This document shows positions 24,461 to 38,518 of a stretch of 64,000 bases of DNA, piece after piece. Origin of the DNA: Octopus vulgaris (lineage: Eukaryota); the NCBI GenBank assembly GCA_951406725.2, contig OX597836.1, positions 26,846,001 through 26,910,000 of the forward strand, written 5' to 3'. The first letter of the stretch is position 1; each line of letters begins with the position of its first letter. A program made the translations under genes and the position numbers. The notes beneath the pieces were generated by a model. It had not been told where the DNA came from and did no database searches. It worked only from the letters and a program-made list of their open reading frames with translations.

Positions 24461-25189
24461 CTAACTAATTCCTTTTATTCGGTACACAGGCCATGACACA
24501 GAGGGGACATCACAAGGACAAAACAAAAAAAAAAAAAACATTTAGGGGCTGGGGTTGTACATTAGTTAAAAAATCGAATATAATGAAATCGGATGAATTT
24601 ACACAGTACAACGAAATCGAAATGAATTTAAAAATTACATGATGATATATTTTTCTCCTTTTTTTAAACTTTTTTAATACCCTTTTGCTGTTGTTTTTTT
24701 TCCTGTTTTTTTTTCTGTTTTTTTGTTCAGGCCGGCTACACTAGCGTGGTCCCATTCACTCTCAACTTCCTACGGAGTTCTTGTTTTTATAACTATCCAA
24801 AACTAGCCAGACATATTGTTGAGAACAATAAATTTCGTTGGTGGTACATGTTATCTCTATTCTGGCTTTTGGTGAAATAGAAGAGGTTAGAAGGGTCAAT
24901 TGGTGAAAACATTATTCCGGCTTAGCGAAGGCATCTGGCAAGTATAACTGCTGTCACTTATAGAAAAACTATTGTTTTACCTTGAGAAAAGTGCAGTTGA
25001 AGTGTTAAGTGAAATTTGGCTATCGAGGATCGAATCCACGCTATGCCTGCATGAAGCCACTACATATATATTGTGTTGAGTCAAAAGTTTTGCGATATTC
25101 TGTTAACTTATTTCGTTTATTCATTAAGTTACAACAAAATCATCCTATCATTGAAAGTTGAGGCCACCGTGTTGCACTGTCCAAAGCTA

Positions 25190-25355
25190 CCATCCATGGC
25201 TCACTTCTTGCGGACGCTTCATCAACCAAGAGGAGGAGGAAGCTGCTGTAAAGGAATCTTTCACCTCAAAGGACAAGAACTGTATCAGAGTGGGATCAAA
25301 GAACTGGTAGAAAGATGGCTTCAGACGGTGCAATACGATGACCTCTACTTTGAAT
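25190..25355 (+). mobile_element. mariner transposase C-terminal relic
   Basis: SMAHFL..(frameshifts)..FTSKDKN..YQSGIKELVERWLQTVQYDDLYFE matches the mariner C-terminal GI..L..RW.......YF motif. Confidence 0.7.
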
Positions 25356-25858
25356 GCAAAGCTGCAGTAGTGAAACCCATTTCTCTTGTGACATTTTGTA
25401 GTCGACTAGCCTTTTATAGGCTCCATACGTTAATCTTTAATGATTGTTTTGACCTATCATGTGAGTTTGGAATATTTGGTTGAGTCCTATATTTTGATTG
25501 GTTGAATATTAGAGCCTACGTTTGCTTATACAGCAATCTCTCGACTATCATAGATGTTACGTTTCAAAACCTCTCACAGAAATAATTAAAATATAAAAAA
25601 TATAAATACCTATCGGCTGCAGAAACCCGCGACGTACTGAGGAATCCGCGATATAAATTTACATATATTAGCCCGAAAATTTCGCGATGTACTGCGTGCG
25701 CGATAGGTGATGCACGATCCTTATTGATCGGCCCCACTTTTTTTTTTCACGATCCCTTTTGATCGGAATTCCCTCTTTTTTTCCCTTCTTCCCCAAAAGA
25801 AAAGCTCTACTTTGTATTTTGTCCCTTCTGTGTTCAGCCCTGCGTGACCAATAAAGAA

Positions 25859-25961
<103 letters not shown>

Positions 25962-26082
25962 AGACGGATTTTAAAAAGATCCATATCTGTGTATGTGTGT
26001 GTGTGTGCGTGCGTTGTAAGGACTGGACAGAAATGCTCCTAAGATTGACAATATGAGTACAAATAAAAAAACTGCACGAGCA

Positions 26083-26152
<70 letters not shown>

Positions 26153-26429
26153 AATTGCAAAATACAATGACTGCATTTGTTGATCACAGCACAACCTTCT
26201 TACGTTTTATTCTCTACAAAATGTCTTACTGTATCTACATTGCATTCAACTATTTATTGTAACAAGTGTGTTGTAGTACCGAGGTTACTTTTCATTTTCT
26301 GTTCAAATTCCATCGATGCTAGCTTTCCTCTTTTAACCTTAGATATTAGAGCGGGGGCGACTTAGCAGACGATATCCTTACCGGCTGAATTTATGACTAT
26401 ATTCTAGCGCTAATAAATCAATACATTTT

Positions 26430-26590
26430 ATCATATCATATTATATTATATTATATTATATCATATTATATCATATTATATTATATTATATTATATTATA
26501 TTATATTATATTATGTTATATTATATTATATCATATTATATTATATATTGTATAATGTTATATTATTTTATATTTCGTATTGTATTATAT
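26430..26590. repeat. (TTATA)n pentanucleotide microsatellite
   Basis: Direct observation. Confidence 0.9.
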
Positions 26591-27418
26591 TAATTATATC
26601 ATTAAAGCATTCTGGTTTTATATTATGAGATATATAGGCCGAAACATTTATCGCCATCTTGATATGATAAAAAAACATCGGAGATATGGAAATAAAATAA
26701 AACAAAGTAAATATTTTTAATTAGTTCCTGAGTTTTTCTTTATGTGTATATGTTAGATACAGCAGGTGTAGTTTGGTTGTCGTTAAAAATTGCAGAGGAA
26801 ATCATTGGTTAATTATGCCGGAAGACATCAGCCAGCCATTAAAAAAAGTGATCAGAAAGAACAATGGCTATTCTGCATTCTAATTTATTGATCTGTTTAA
26901 GTGTTTTATATTAATAAATATCCGTACACCCTCCTGTCATGCGTACGTATGTACGTATATATGCATGTGTGTGTAATTCTGTGTATGTCTGTCTGTCTGT
27001 CTGTATGTCTACGAGTATGTACGTACATGTATGTATGTACGTACGTACGTATGTATATGCGTACGTACCTATGTACGTATATATGCACGTTTGTGTAATT
27101 CTGTGTATGTATGCATGTATGTATGTATGTATGTACGTATGTATGTATGTATGTATGCATGCATGCATGTATGTATGTATGTGTGTGTGTATGCAGGTAT
27201 ATATGTCTGTATGTATGTATGTATGTATGTATGTATGCATGCATGCATGCATGTATATATATGTATACATGCAAGTATGTATGTGAACGCTACTGATAAC
27301 ATGTAACTCAGTGCAACTTGTTGCATAGTCGGATCGATGGCAACTAAACCGGCGACCCCACCAAGCTCGTTTGGTGGTGGGTGGGTTTTGTTTTGGACAC
27401 TGCGAGATAAAAATTATA

Positions 27419-27781
27419 ATATGAAATTGTCACCCATAATTATGACCCTAGTATTGATCTATTGCATTTCAATCTGTTTTAGGGTTAGGGTTAGAGGTGG
27501 AGGGAAGGGTATCTTTTTTCTTCAGAAATGTAAATAAACCCAATCTGTTTCTTAAACGAGAGACATTTACATACGGCACAGAATGTTTTCACCTCAATAG
27601 ACGTCATTGATTGGTTGAAATTGCAGAAATTGAAGAAAATCAACAACAAATATCTTACAAACTATAGAATTTTCTCAATAAAGCCATGAGAAAAAACACA
27701 TTCTACCAGTATACGAAGTTTAAAAGTGTTTAGTTACGTGGAAATTATTTTAAAAAACTGCCGTTCAAACCGAAAAGATCC
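27419..27781 (+). mobile_element. Merlin-like MITE, left end missing
   Basis: Colinear with 260-642 and ends CTGCCGTTCAAACCGAAAAGATCC. Confidence 0.75.
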
Positions 27782-27789
27782 CAGTTTTC

Positions 27790-28640
27790 AACCCCACCCC
27801 ATTCTGGTTATCTGAATTTCAAGATTTTTATAGTTGGATAATTTATTCACCCCTTTCAGAGACACATTATTGTCTGTAGGGACCAATACTTTGGTTAGGG
27901 GGTATTTCTTCCTGATTATCCTTGACAACAATATCTGGTCCATTAATCTGTCTGTATGGATTGGAATATCTCAAAATGTGGTCCCTTTGTCATTTTCAAA
28001 GATTCTTTCTGGTGTATGTCTATATCAACTTCTCTTGTCGGTTGCTTCCTAGTGCTAACATTGCTTCCAGTATATGTAAGTCCCAACTCTCTCATGTCTG
28101 TACACGTATTACTTCTTAGCTAAAACAATGTATTTGATTATTTCTTTCTCAATACCACATTTTCTGCAATTATTGTATTCTTATTTCTTTACTGCCCACA
28201 AGGGGCTACACACAGAGGGACAAACAAGGGCAGACAAACAGATTAAGTCGATTATATCGCCTCCAGTGCGTAACTGGTACTTATTTAATCGACCCCGAAA
28301 GGATGAAAGGCAAAGTTGACCTCGACGGAATTTGAACTCAGAACATAGCGGCCAACGAAATACTGCTAAGCATTACACCTGGAGTGCTAACGATTCTGCC
28401 AGCTCGCCGCCTTCAATTATTCTATTCTGCTTTATCACAAGCCTTTGGTGGTTTCTGATGGGTCAGCTTTGATCTTGTACCGCAATCAAGAACCTACCAG
28501 TCTCTGCTTCGAGTCTTGCACTTCTTTGAGAGTTTTACAAGACTTTTTATGTCTACTTCCTGATGTTCAACTTTTTCAGGTATTAGCCATGGAGTGACTT
28601 TTCTTGCCATCATTTTATCATGTTATTCTGAAGGTACATT
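27790..28640 (-). mobile_element. R4/Dong-like LINE relic (zinc knuckle and RLE region), split by a SINE
   Basis: Minus translation LEAETGRFLIAVQDQS*P.RN..CRKCG...VLAKK*YVYRHERVG.YIYWK..YRHTPE...EN......DIPIHTDR fits the family pattern ETEG..IAAQDQ/CRxC/RH..V/WD..I.TDR. Confidence 0.75.
28182..28413 (-). mobile_element. SINE family B (Tx1-like tail variant) with 15-bp TSD
   Basis: TSD CAATTATT(G/C)TATTCT at 28167-28181 and 28414-28428. Confidence 0.9.
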
Positions 28641-28659
28641 ATTATATTTCTATTTTGAA

Positions 28660-28880
28660 AATGGCAAGTTGGTGGAATCATTAGCAAACCACACAAAATC
28701 CTAAATGGTATTTCTTTCAGTTCTTTATATTTCAAGTTCAAATGCTGTAGAGATCAACCTTGTCTTTTATCCATTTGGGGTTGATAAATTAAAGTATCGA
28801 TCAAGCACGGTGGCGGTTGATGTAAACCTCCTCTCTCTAAAACTTCTGGTCTTGTGCCAATATTTGAAAGAATTATTATA
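28660..28880 (+). mobile_element. SINE family B, diverged
   Basis: tggcaagttggtggaatcattagc...agttcaaat...ggggttgataaattaaagta...cttgtgccaatatttgaaa. Confidence 0.65.
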
Positions 28881-29235
28881 GTTTCAGAAATAACCCATTA
28901 TGTAACATATGTAGTTCAGAGTATACAAAAAACAAAAAGAATTAAAAAAGCCAAACCAAACCAAGACAAGACATGGTGATTAAAGCTGGAACATATCTGA
29001 CCAATGGTCAGCTTTGTCTAGAGCTGACATTTTGGTTAAACAACGATTACAAATTGGCTGTCTATTACCAGAATAGATTTAAGTTGAATAGATTACTTTC
29101 TCAAAGAAGAAAGATTTTCAGAAATATAGAAATCAGTGGTTTTGGTTCTAGTTTTTTTTTATTTTTAAAGATTTTAAAGAATTCTTAGTCTGATGTGAAA
29201 ATATGTTGAAACAATTACAAATAAAAAAAACAAAC

Positions 29236-29283
<48 letters not shown>

Positions 29284-29852
29284 ATGATAATAATAATGGT
29301 AATAAATGCTCCCACTTCAATTTTTAAAAATGACAAAATATAGAGAAAACGATAAAAATATTATTTGATGTTGATGGCATTTAGGAGAGTAATTAATTTT
29401 AAAACCATTAGAGATAAATTGGGATTAATTCAAACAAATATATTTTGTTTGTTTCTTTTTTTGTTTTTTTTAAATATTTTATAATAATTTAATAGTTACA
29501 TTTCTGCCCACGCTTTACAACAGCTTTATTATTTTTATTATTTATGTTGAGTCATCTGAACTGAAAACACAGAGAGGAAAGGTTTGTGGCTTGTGTTGCT
29601 GACATATATCAACATCACCAACACAATTAAATGAACAGTTTTTGATTGTTAGAAGCACTTTGATGGGTTAGAGGACTTTTTCTTTTTTAATTTTTTTCTT
29701 TCAGTTGGAATTTTGGAATTTATCATTAATAATGGATTTTTATGTGTGTGTTTATGTATGTATGTATGTATGTATGTATGTATGTATGTATGTATGCATG
29801 TGAATGTATGAGTGATAGTGGGACAGTCAGAGATTTAATGAAAGCAAATGAG

Positions 29853-30090
29853 GTCATCATCATCGTTATCGTCATTGTCATCATCATCATTGTTGTCATC
29901 ATCATCTTCATCATCGTTGACATCATCATCATCATCATTGTCATCATCATCGTCATTATCATTGTCGTCATCGTCATCATCAGCGTCATCATCGTCGTCG
30001 TCGTCATCATCGTCGTCGTCATCATCATCGTCATCATCATTGTCATTGTCATCTTTGTCATCGTCGTCGTCATCATCATCATCACCATCA
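29853..30090. repeat. Imperfect (ATC/GTC)n tract abutting an RTE-tail stub
   Basis: Direct observation; followed by tttaacatctgttttaccatgctggcatgggttgga. Confidence 0.85.
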
Positions 30091-30552
30091 TTTAACATCT
30101 GTTTTACCATGCTGGCATGGGTTGGACCATAGGGTTTGGAGGTGTATTTTAAAAAGCAGAAGGAAATGAGAAATAAAGTACTAAAAAAAAAAAGAGTTGG
30201 ATGCTAATTAACCACCACCACCACCTCTACACCAGCAGCAGCAGCAGCAGCAGCACCACCACCACTACTACTACTACTAATAATAATAATAATAAAAGGT
30301 TTTGGCATTAAAGATTTAACTGTTGAAATGCTATGATAAACGAATTTTGCAAAATTTAATTTTAAAAATCAAAATCAAAGAACTAGCTGTAGACTTCCTA
30401 ATTAGTAAATATTAGTTGAAATATTAATTAGTTTGTGTAATTTGTTCAATAAACTTCATTTGCATTGGCTCAGGTTGACTCAGACTTTAAAGTATAGGTG
30501 TACCTCGGTAAAAAAACAAAAAAAAAGGTAAATAAATATTTAGAAACAAATG

Positions 30553-31320
30553 GTGGTTTCAAATTTTGGCACAAGGCCAGCAATTTTGGGAAAGGGGTGA
30601 GTTGATTACATTGACCCCAGTATGTAACTGGTACCTATTTTATCAACCCTGAAAAGACAAAAGACAAAGCTGACCCAAGCAGAATTTGAACCCAGAACGT
30701 AAAGATGGACATCCGGTGTGCTAATGATTCTGCCATTTCACCACCTTTACACTTTTTTTCAGTCACTAGACTGTGCCCATGCTGGAGTACTGCCTTCAAG
30801 GGTTTAGTTAAATAAATCAACCCAAGTTCTTTCTTTTTTTTTTTTAGCCCAGTACATATTCTGTCAGTTATGTTTTGCTGGACCACTAAGTTACAGGGAT
30901 GTAAACAAACCAACTCCAGTTGTAAAAAATGTTGTGGGGGGGGGGACAAACACAAACACAAAGACACACACGGTTATGCTGGAGCACTACCTTCAAGGAT
31001 TTTAGTCAAACAAATTGACTCCAAGACTGTTTTTTTAGCCTAGTACTTATTCTATCGGTCTCTTTTGCCAAACTGCTAAGATATGGGGACATAAATGCAC
31101 TGACACTGATTATCAAGTGGTGGTAGGAGAAATACAGATATATATATATATATATATATGACGGGCTTCTTTCAGTTTCCATCTACCAAATACACTCAAG
31201 ACTTTGGTCAGCTCAAGGCTATTATAGAAGACAATTTACCCAAGGTACCATGTAATGGGACTGAACCTAGAACCATGTGGTTGGGAAGCAAGCTTCTTAC
31301 CATACAACTACACTACACAC
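30553..31320 (-). mobile_element. Adjacent SINE B (30553-30745) and SINE A (30750-31320, 3' part duplicated)
   Basis: Similarity to the family copies. The atgctggag.actrccttcaagg block occurs at about 30779 and 30976. Confidence 0.7.
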
Positions 31321-31481
31321 ACGTTTATGTAGTTGTTTTGCAAGATTTCTGATATGAAATCGTGTGTTGAAACAGATATTGTTAGATTTTGCGATAGTCT
31401 TTTTCTTTTTTTCTGGCCAAATAAACACATGTACTATATATTAAGAAAATTACCATTTTTAAATCTTAGCAACAATACTTT

Positions 31482-31812
31482 GTAGTAAAGATTGTTTGCC
31501 AACATAACATGGCAGTCCTGGTTTAGGACTAATGTTGCTGTAATTTAGCCCCAGGAGACATCGTCTCCAGCTGGCTATACGACACAATCTGTGTCCTTAT
31601 GTTTTCAAACAAGGGAATCTAGCACCCGGAAATCGCGATACACAGATATTGTTTTGAACTGAGTGGGGGTGCTAGATTCCCTTGTTTGAAAACATAAGGA
31701 CACAGATCGTGTCGTATAGTCAACTGGAGACGATGTCCCCTGGAGCTAAATTACAGTAACATTAGTCCTAAACCAGGACTGCCATGTTATGTTGGCAAAC
31801 AATCTTTTCTAC
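31482..31812. mobile_element. Foldback/MITE-like palindrome: 146-bp arms, 39-bp spacer
   Basis: 31482-31627 is the reverse complement of 31667-31812, with about 7 mismatches. Confidence 0.9.
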
Positions 31813-31959
31813 TATATATTTGTTCTTTACTTTTAATTTATTATTGTTCTGCCTTTACATTCTTTGGAAATCTTCCATCACACACCTGTGACCTCTTGAG
31901 CAACTCTTCATCCCACATGTCTCCTGTTCTGTTTAGTCCATTCTGCCTCCCTATGGTAA

Positions 31960-32550
31960 TCATCATCATCATTATCGTTTAACGTCAGTTTTTCCATGCT
32001 GGCATGGGTTGGACAGTTCGACTGGGGTTTGGAAAACCAGGAGGCTGCACCAGTCTGATCTGGCAATGTTTCTACTGCTGGATGCCCTTCCTAATGCCAA
32101 CCATTCCAAGAGTGTAGTGGGTGCTTTTTATGTATTACCGGCATGGGCCAGTGGGGGCTGGCATTGACCACGATCTGGTGGTGCTTTTTACATGCCACCA
32201 GCACAGAAGTCAGTCAAGGCAGTGCTGGTATCGGCCACATTTGGATGGTGCTTTTTACGTGCCACTGGCACAGAAGCCAGTTGGGGTGAGGGGGCTGGCA
32301 TTGACCATGTTCGGATGGTGCTTTTTATGTGCCACCAGCACAGGGACCGCAACTACAATTTCCATTTGATTGTGATTTGATTTCATTTTGATGTTGATGT
32401 ACTTGACTCAATAGCTCTCCTCAAGCACAGCATGTTGCCCTATGATCCAAGGCTACTTTTTGAGCTGGTTGGTTATGCAACACTGGTGTAGGTTACAGCA
32501 GTGATCACACTTTATTTGCTGGGTCTTCTCAGTTACAGCATATCTCTAGA
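31960..32550 (-). mobile_element. RTE-tail-derived element with internal ~60-bp subrepeats
   Basis: Same family as 15672-16300. Confidence 0.75.
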
Positions 32551-33199
32551 GGTCTCTGTGTATCCTTATCTGGTCTGAATCCTTATCTGTGCATGAGTTT
32601 GTAGCTGTGTTTGTGTACGCATATCAATGTATCTTGTATGTATGATTTGTGTGAGTGTGTGTATATGGGTTTGGTTACTATACTGTTTCTATCCATGCCC
32701 ATTATTAAGTTTTTCATTTATTTATTTTTTTCTTTCCCACTTCATCTTAAGTATGTGTATGTGTGTCATTGGTGGGTGTATATATTTGTTTATGCATCAT
32801 GCAGTTTGTATCTGTGTCTTTTTTCCCTCCCACTCTGTATTTAGTTGTCATGTTGCGTTGTGTGGTGGTGGGTGTTATTGTTCTATTTGTGTTTTCTGTT
32901 GAGGCTTATTTTATTTATTACTATGTGTATGGCTTCTGTAATCTAAGTGTCATGCCTGTTCTATGCGTTGATAACACCTTAACAACTATGTTATTAACTG
33001 AACCTCTATGTTCTAATTGAGTGTGTTGATAGAGCAAACTTTTCTCCTCTGAGCTCCTGCCTGTGTTCACCTATCCACTCTCCTATGCTACATGCTGTCT
33101 CTCCAATGTAAGTTGTCTTGTTTCTTCAGAAATAATAATATTTGAACTATGATAATAATAATAATAATAACAATAACAATAATAATAATAATTATTATT

Positions 33200-34155
33200 A
33201 AGGCAGTGAGTTTGCAGAATTAACACATGGGGTAAAATTCTTAGGGGATTTTGTCTGACTTTAAATTCCATCAAAATTGACTTTGCCTTTCATCCTTTTG
33301 GGATCAATAAAAGAAGTACCAGTTGTGTACTGGGGTTGGTGTAATCGACTTACTCCTTCCCTAAAATTGTTAGCCTTGTGCCTTAATTTAAAACTATTGC
33401 TATTCTTTTTATTATCAGTCAATGTAATCAACTAGTCCCCTTACCCAAAATTTCAGGCCTTGTGCCTTCAGTAGAAAGGATTATTATTATTATTATTATC
33501 ATTATTATTAAAAACATTTCTTCCTGCATTTTTATGTTCTGAATTCAAATACCACCAATGTTGACTTTACCTTTCATCCTTTTTGGTGTCAATAAGTACC
33601 AGCTGGGTATTGGATCAGCATAATCAACTTACCCACTCCCCTAAAATTGCTGGCCTTGTGCCAATATTTGAAAGAATTATTAATATCAGAACAGCTCTTA
33701 GGGCAGCGTGCTGGCAGAAACATTAGATGTCAGGCAAAATGCTTTGCAGTATTTTCATCTGTCTTTACATTCTGAGATCAAATTCTGCCTAGGATGACTT
33801 AGCCGTTTGATCCTTCCAGGGTCGATAAAATAAGTACCAGTTGGACACTGGGGTTGATGTAATCGACCATGTCCCCCCACCCCACTAAATTCCTAGCCTG
33901 GTGCTAGAAGTTAAAACCAATGTTTACCTTCGTTAAGGTGGCAAGCTGGCGGTATCGTTAGCACACCTGGCAAAATGTTTAGTGGTATTTTATCCATCTT
34001 TTATGTTCTGGGTTCAAATTCTGCCATGGTCGACTTTGCTCTTTGTCCTTTCAGGGTCAATGAAATAAGTACCAGTTGAGTACTGGGGTCGGTGTAACTG
34101 ATTAGCCCACTCCCCTGAAATTGCTGGCTTTGTGCCAAGATTTGAAACCAGTATT
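33200..34155 (+). mobile_element. Head-to-tail cluster of 4-5 SINE family B copies
   Basis: Repeated gactttgcctttcatcctt..ggtc(g/a)at..aagtaccag at about 33280, 33565, 33795 and 34033. Confidence 0.75.
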
Positions 34156-35231
34156 AAAACAGCTCTTTGTTTATAATTCTGCATTGAAAATGAAACTAAA
34201 TCAGTGCTTTTCAGAATGGTAAATATATCTTGAAAATTTTGCTGGGGTTTAGGCTGTGTGTGTGTGTATGTGTGTTTGTGTGTGCTATTTCTAATGTATA
34301 TTTTATGAAATCCAATCGGTAAAGTGTGAAGATCAGAAATCACTGAGGCATGGCTGTTGTTATAGATGACTGCACAATTCACAATGTTTAAATTGCAGTA
34401 ACACGAAAATCACACACACAACATACATAATGGTATCTATATTCTTAATTCCATTCTTGCATCCAAATAAAAATATCATTAGCTTCTGCCAATACAGAAC
34501 ATCGTTACTTTCCTTCAATTCTGCTGTTTTATTAATTAACGAGGGACTTTTGTTAATCCCTACCTTTACACTGTGGATTTAACTGCATATGAGTCTAGCA
34601 TAGCACATTACCATTATTTGAGTTGACTGGAAAGAAGCCATCATCAAATAAAAACAAAGGCAGTCATGTGGGAAGGGGTCATTAGGCGATTATGCTGGGC
34701 ATGGAATAGTTCTGTGTTGGAATGGAGTAAAACTGGTTCCATCCATGTGCACTTGATACATGGGAAGCAAGGTAACACGTTTCTGAAACTGAGGTACATT
34801 CTGAAATTCTCCATGTTTCATATTGTTAAAAAAAAAAATTATTTTTTATTGTTTCAGTTATTGGAGTGTGGCCATGCTGGAGCACACCTTCAAAGGTTTT
34901 TTAGTTGAATGACTCAACCCTGGTGCTTATTTTTTTGAGCCTGCTGCTTATTATTATTCTATTATTCTTTTATGCTGAACTGCTAAGTCTTGACACCAGT
35001 GACGTTGCAACTCATTTCTACAGCTGAGTGCACTGGAGCAATGTGAAATAAAGTGTTTATTTCTCTCTCTCTCTCACACACACACACAGCAGGCTTCCAC
35101 ATAGTTTCCATCTACCAATTTCCCAAGTCATTGGTCAGCCTTGGGCTATAGTAGAAGACATTTGGGGTATGTATCCTGTCATAACGATATCAAAAGATCC
35201 CTTTCAGTCATGAAGGTTGGACTTGTAGCCC

Positions 35232-35480
35232 GTTATGTCCTTGAGCAAGACACTTTATTTCACATTGCTCCAGTCCACTCAGCTGGCAAAAATTAGTTGT
35301 ACCTGTAATTCAAAGGGATAGCCTTGTCACTTCCTGTATCATGCTGAATCTCCCTGAGAACTATGTTAAGGGTACACATGTCTGTGGAGTGCTCAGCCAC
35401 TTGCACGTTAATTTCACGAACAGGCTGTACTGTTGATTGGATCAACTGGAACCCTCATTGTTGTAACCGGTGGAGCGCCA
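35232..35480 (+). mobile_element. SINE family D, head missing
   Basis: tgtccttgagcaagacactttatttcac...gaatctccctgagaactatgttaagggtacac, matching 3157-3472. Confidence 0.75.
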
Positions 35481-35772
35481 AATGTTCTAATAATGTAATA
35501 AGGATATTCCCTAACAGAAAAAAAAAAAAGATCAAAGCTATATATACTATGTCGATGTTTATGCTGGAAAATATGGCAAATATATCGAGATGGATGAATT
35601 TAAAATATTCTTTTCTACTCTAGGCACAAGGTCTGAAATTTTTGGGGAGGGGCCAGTCGATTAGATCAACCCCAGTAGGCAATTGGTACTTAATTTATCA
35701 ACCCTGAAAGGATGAAAGGCAAAGTCAACCTCGGCAGAAAAGAATATTATATCAGGACTGATGAGTATTAGT

Positions 35773-36099
35773 CATAGCCACTTTAAACTGTGATTTTTTT
35801 AACCCCAAGAGGACATCTCCACTAGCTGGTTACTGATAAAATTGTGAGTAGGGGAGCGAAACCCTACCATTTCCTAGTGCTGGGACCAGTAGACCAGTCC
35901 TGGTTTCGGGTTATTTCTGCCATTCCTCAATACTGGACAGTACTGGCCCCATTACTAGATGGTAGGGTTTCGTTTCCCTGCTCTCAATGTTATTGGATGC
36001 AGTTGTGCATCATTAACCAGATAGAGGGGAGGTCCTCTTGGGGACAAAAAAATCGCAGTAGAGTCCACTCGAATGGACAGCCATGTTGAAGTGGCTACG
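35773..36099. mobile_element. Mutator-like foldback MITE
   Basis: Nested inverted blocks (TAGCCACTT/AAGTGGCTA, CCCCAAGAGGAC/GTCCTCTTGGGG, CGAAACCCTACCAT/ATGGTAGGGTTTCG) and a 9-bp TSD A(G/A)TATTAGT (35764-35772, 36100-36108). Confidence 0.7.
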
Positions 36100-37019
36100 A
36101 ATATTAGTTGTTAGTACAAGTACTGTGTTGATCTCTTAGGGAGATTTTAGAACAAGCATTTTTGCTTGTATCAGGACTACAAAAATAAAAACAGCAATGG
36201 AATTGAAACAGAACAGACTTGATATTGTTGTTTAGGATCACAAATTAACAATAGTCTGTTATGGATGCCAGATACCTTGATATCAAGGATACTTGATTAT
36301 GATACTTGATATCAAGGATATTTGGTATTAATCATAGTTGATATCATACATCAATGGCACTTTGTATATTTGATATCAATGATACTTGATATGTCACACT
36401 TAACATCAATAATACTTGAATATATAATACATGATATCAATGCAGGAAGAAGAAGATATCTGTGGAACTCTGTCTGAAAAAGTACCCCAATAGAATTTTA
36501 ACTTTATCATCATCATCATCATCATTGTTATCATTTTCATTATTCTAATGTCCACTTTTCCATGCTTGAATGGGTTGGACAGAATTTATGGTGCAGTATT
36601 TTCTAAAATCAGATATCCTTCATGTCACCGATCCTCACCCGTTTCCAAACAAATTAATATTTTACCCATGACCAGAAATGTTCTTGTAGAATATTAGAAA
36701 TGGATAACACTGCCTTTACTTGACCATCCCATTTATATTCTGATCTCTTGTGAGTATGCCTGGCACTTTGCCACCATCTCTATCCTACTATCTCCCACTC
36801 TCTCTCTCTCCTTCTGCACTTCCTTCAGGTTGGGTAACCATGTATCTCCTTTGTGGTGGCACACCTGTTTCTGTCTTCATTCCCGATCTCTGCTTTCCTC
36901 TCTCTCTCTCTGCTCAGGTAACCTTGTACCTCCTCTACAGCAAGACACCTATCTCTGTCTCACTCTAACCTTTCGTCATCTGACACAAGATCACCTCCTC
37001 CAATGCCCCCTCCCCTCTC

Positions 37020-37830
37020 AAAAGATTTTTGTCTGGCAGGTTATTTGGTGACCCTGTCAGTGCAGGTGTCACTTAAAAAGCACTCAGTCCACATTGTAAA
37101 GTGGTTGGCATTTGGAAGGGCATTCAGCTGTAAAATCCTTGCCTGTACATGTGCCACGTAAAAAGCTCTCAGTCCATTCTGCAAGGTGGTTGGTGTTAGG
37201 ATGGGCATCCAGCAGTAAAAAACCTGCCAAAACAGTCACAGAGGTCTGGTGCAGGTGTCTGTCAAACTGTCCCACCCATGCCAGCATGGAAGGCAGATGT
37301 TAAATGATGATAATGATGATGAACTGCCTTTAAATTAACAGCCCCTCAGGTTACATGAAAAGTGAACATCTGTAACCATAATCCTTGGTGTACTTGGTTA
37401 TGTTAGAAAATACCTAAGTAATAACCTTGTAAAGTTATAGTTTTTAGCCAAAGAGATCAACTTATATACACCCTGTAAATATACATGCTGTAAGAGGAAC
37501 AGTAAAAGTAAGCAACACTTTTCTAAAGTTTAACATGTAAATATTCCACCAGTTTTGTTGTTTAAATTCTAGCAACAGAATTTTGTTACTTTTTTAGAAA
37601 CCAGTTACCTCTTTTCGAAAAAAATTTCAAATCCTTAAAAGAAAACAAGGGATGTAATAGACATCATCATTATCATCATCATCAACCTTTAATGTCCGTT
37701 TCCATGGTCGCTGGCATGGGTCGGATGGTTCGACAGGAGCTGGTGAACCAGAGGGCTGCACCAAAATCCAGTGTCTATTTTGGCATGGTTTCTGTTACTG
37801 GATGCCTTTCCTAATGCCAACCACTTCATA
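37020..37830. mobile_element. Two RTE-tail elements in opposite orientation (37020-37322 +, 37663-37830 -)
   Basis: gtggttggtgttaggatgggcatccagc...cccatgccagcatgga...ttaaatgatgat and its reverse complement. Confidence 0.7.
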
Positions 37831-38518
37831 GAGTATATATATACACACACACATATGTATGTGTGTGTGTATGTGTGTATGTGTGTTTGTGTGTCTATGT
37901 GCATGTGTCAATGCAAACAATACTGGCTGTCATCATCAGATGTGATTTATTACATAAAATGCTTCAACCTTGATCGATGTTGCATCAAAACTTGAATCTG
38001 TACAAAGGAAAAAATCTCACCTCCAATACCACCACCACCACCACACCATTTCCATCAGAACCACTTTCACCACCACCACAATTATTGCTACCACTGCCAT
38101 CACCACCACCACCACCACCACCACCACCATCACACCATTTCCATTATAACCACCTTCACCACCATTACCACCACCGCTGCCACTGTTACCATCACTGGCC
38201 AAAGTCCCAAATATCAATCTCTGTAAATCACACATCGTTGAAAGAATGTAAGGTTTGTTTTTAATTATTTACAGACATCTACAGGTGGTGCTGTAGCATG
38301 GCCTTAGCTGCAACAGTTAATAACTTTACAGAACTAATACAGGCCATATGTGTTCCGTTTTTTTTTTCTTTCCAATTGATAACAATTTCTCTTTCTGTTG
38401 TATTTGAAAATAGAATGTGTGTGCGTGCGCGTTTGTGTGTCTGTGTGTGTGTGTGTTTGCATGCATCTGTATGAGTGTGCATATGTGCATGTGTGTATAC
38501 ACGTGCATATATATGTAG

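Noticed and set aside
29726-30132. Poly-Asp/Ser/Met ORFs
   Set aside because: An (ATC/GTC)n tract continuous with an RTE-type tail, with no exon signals.
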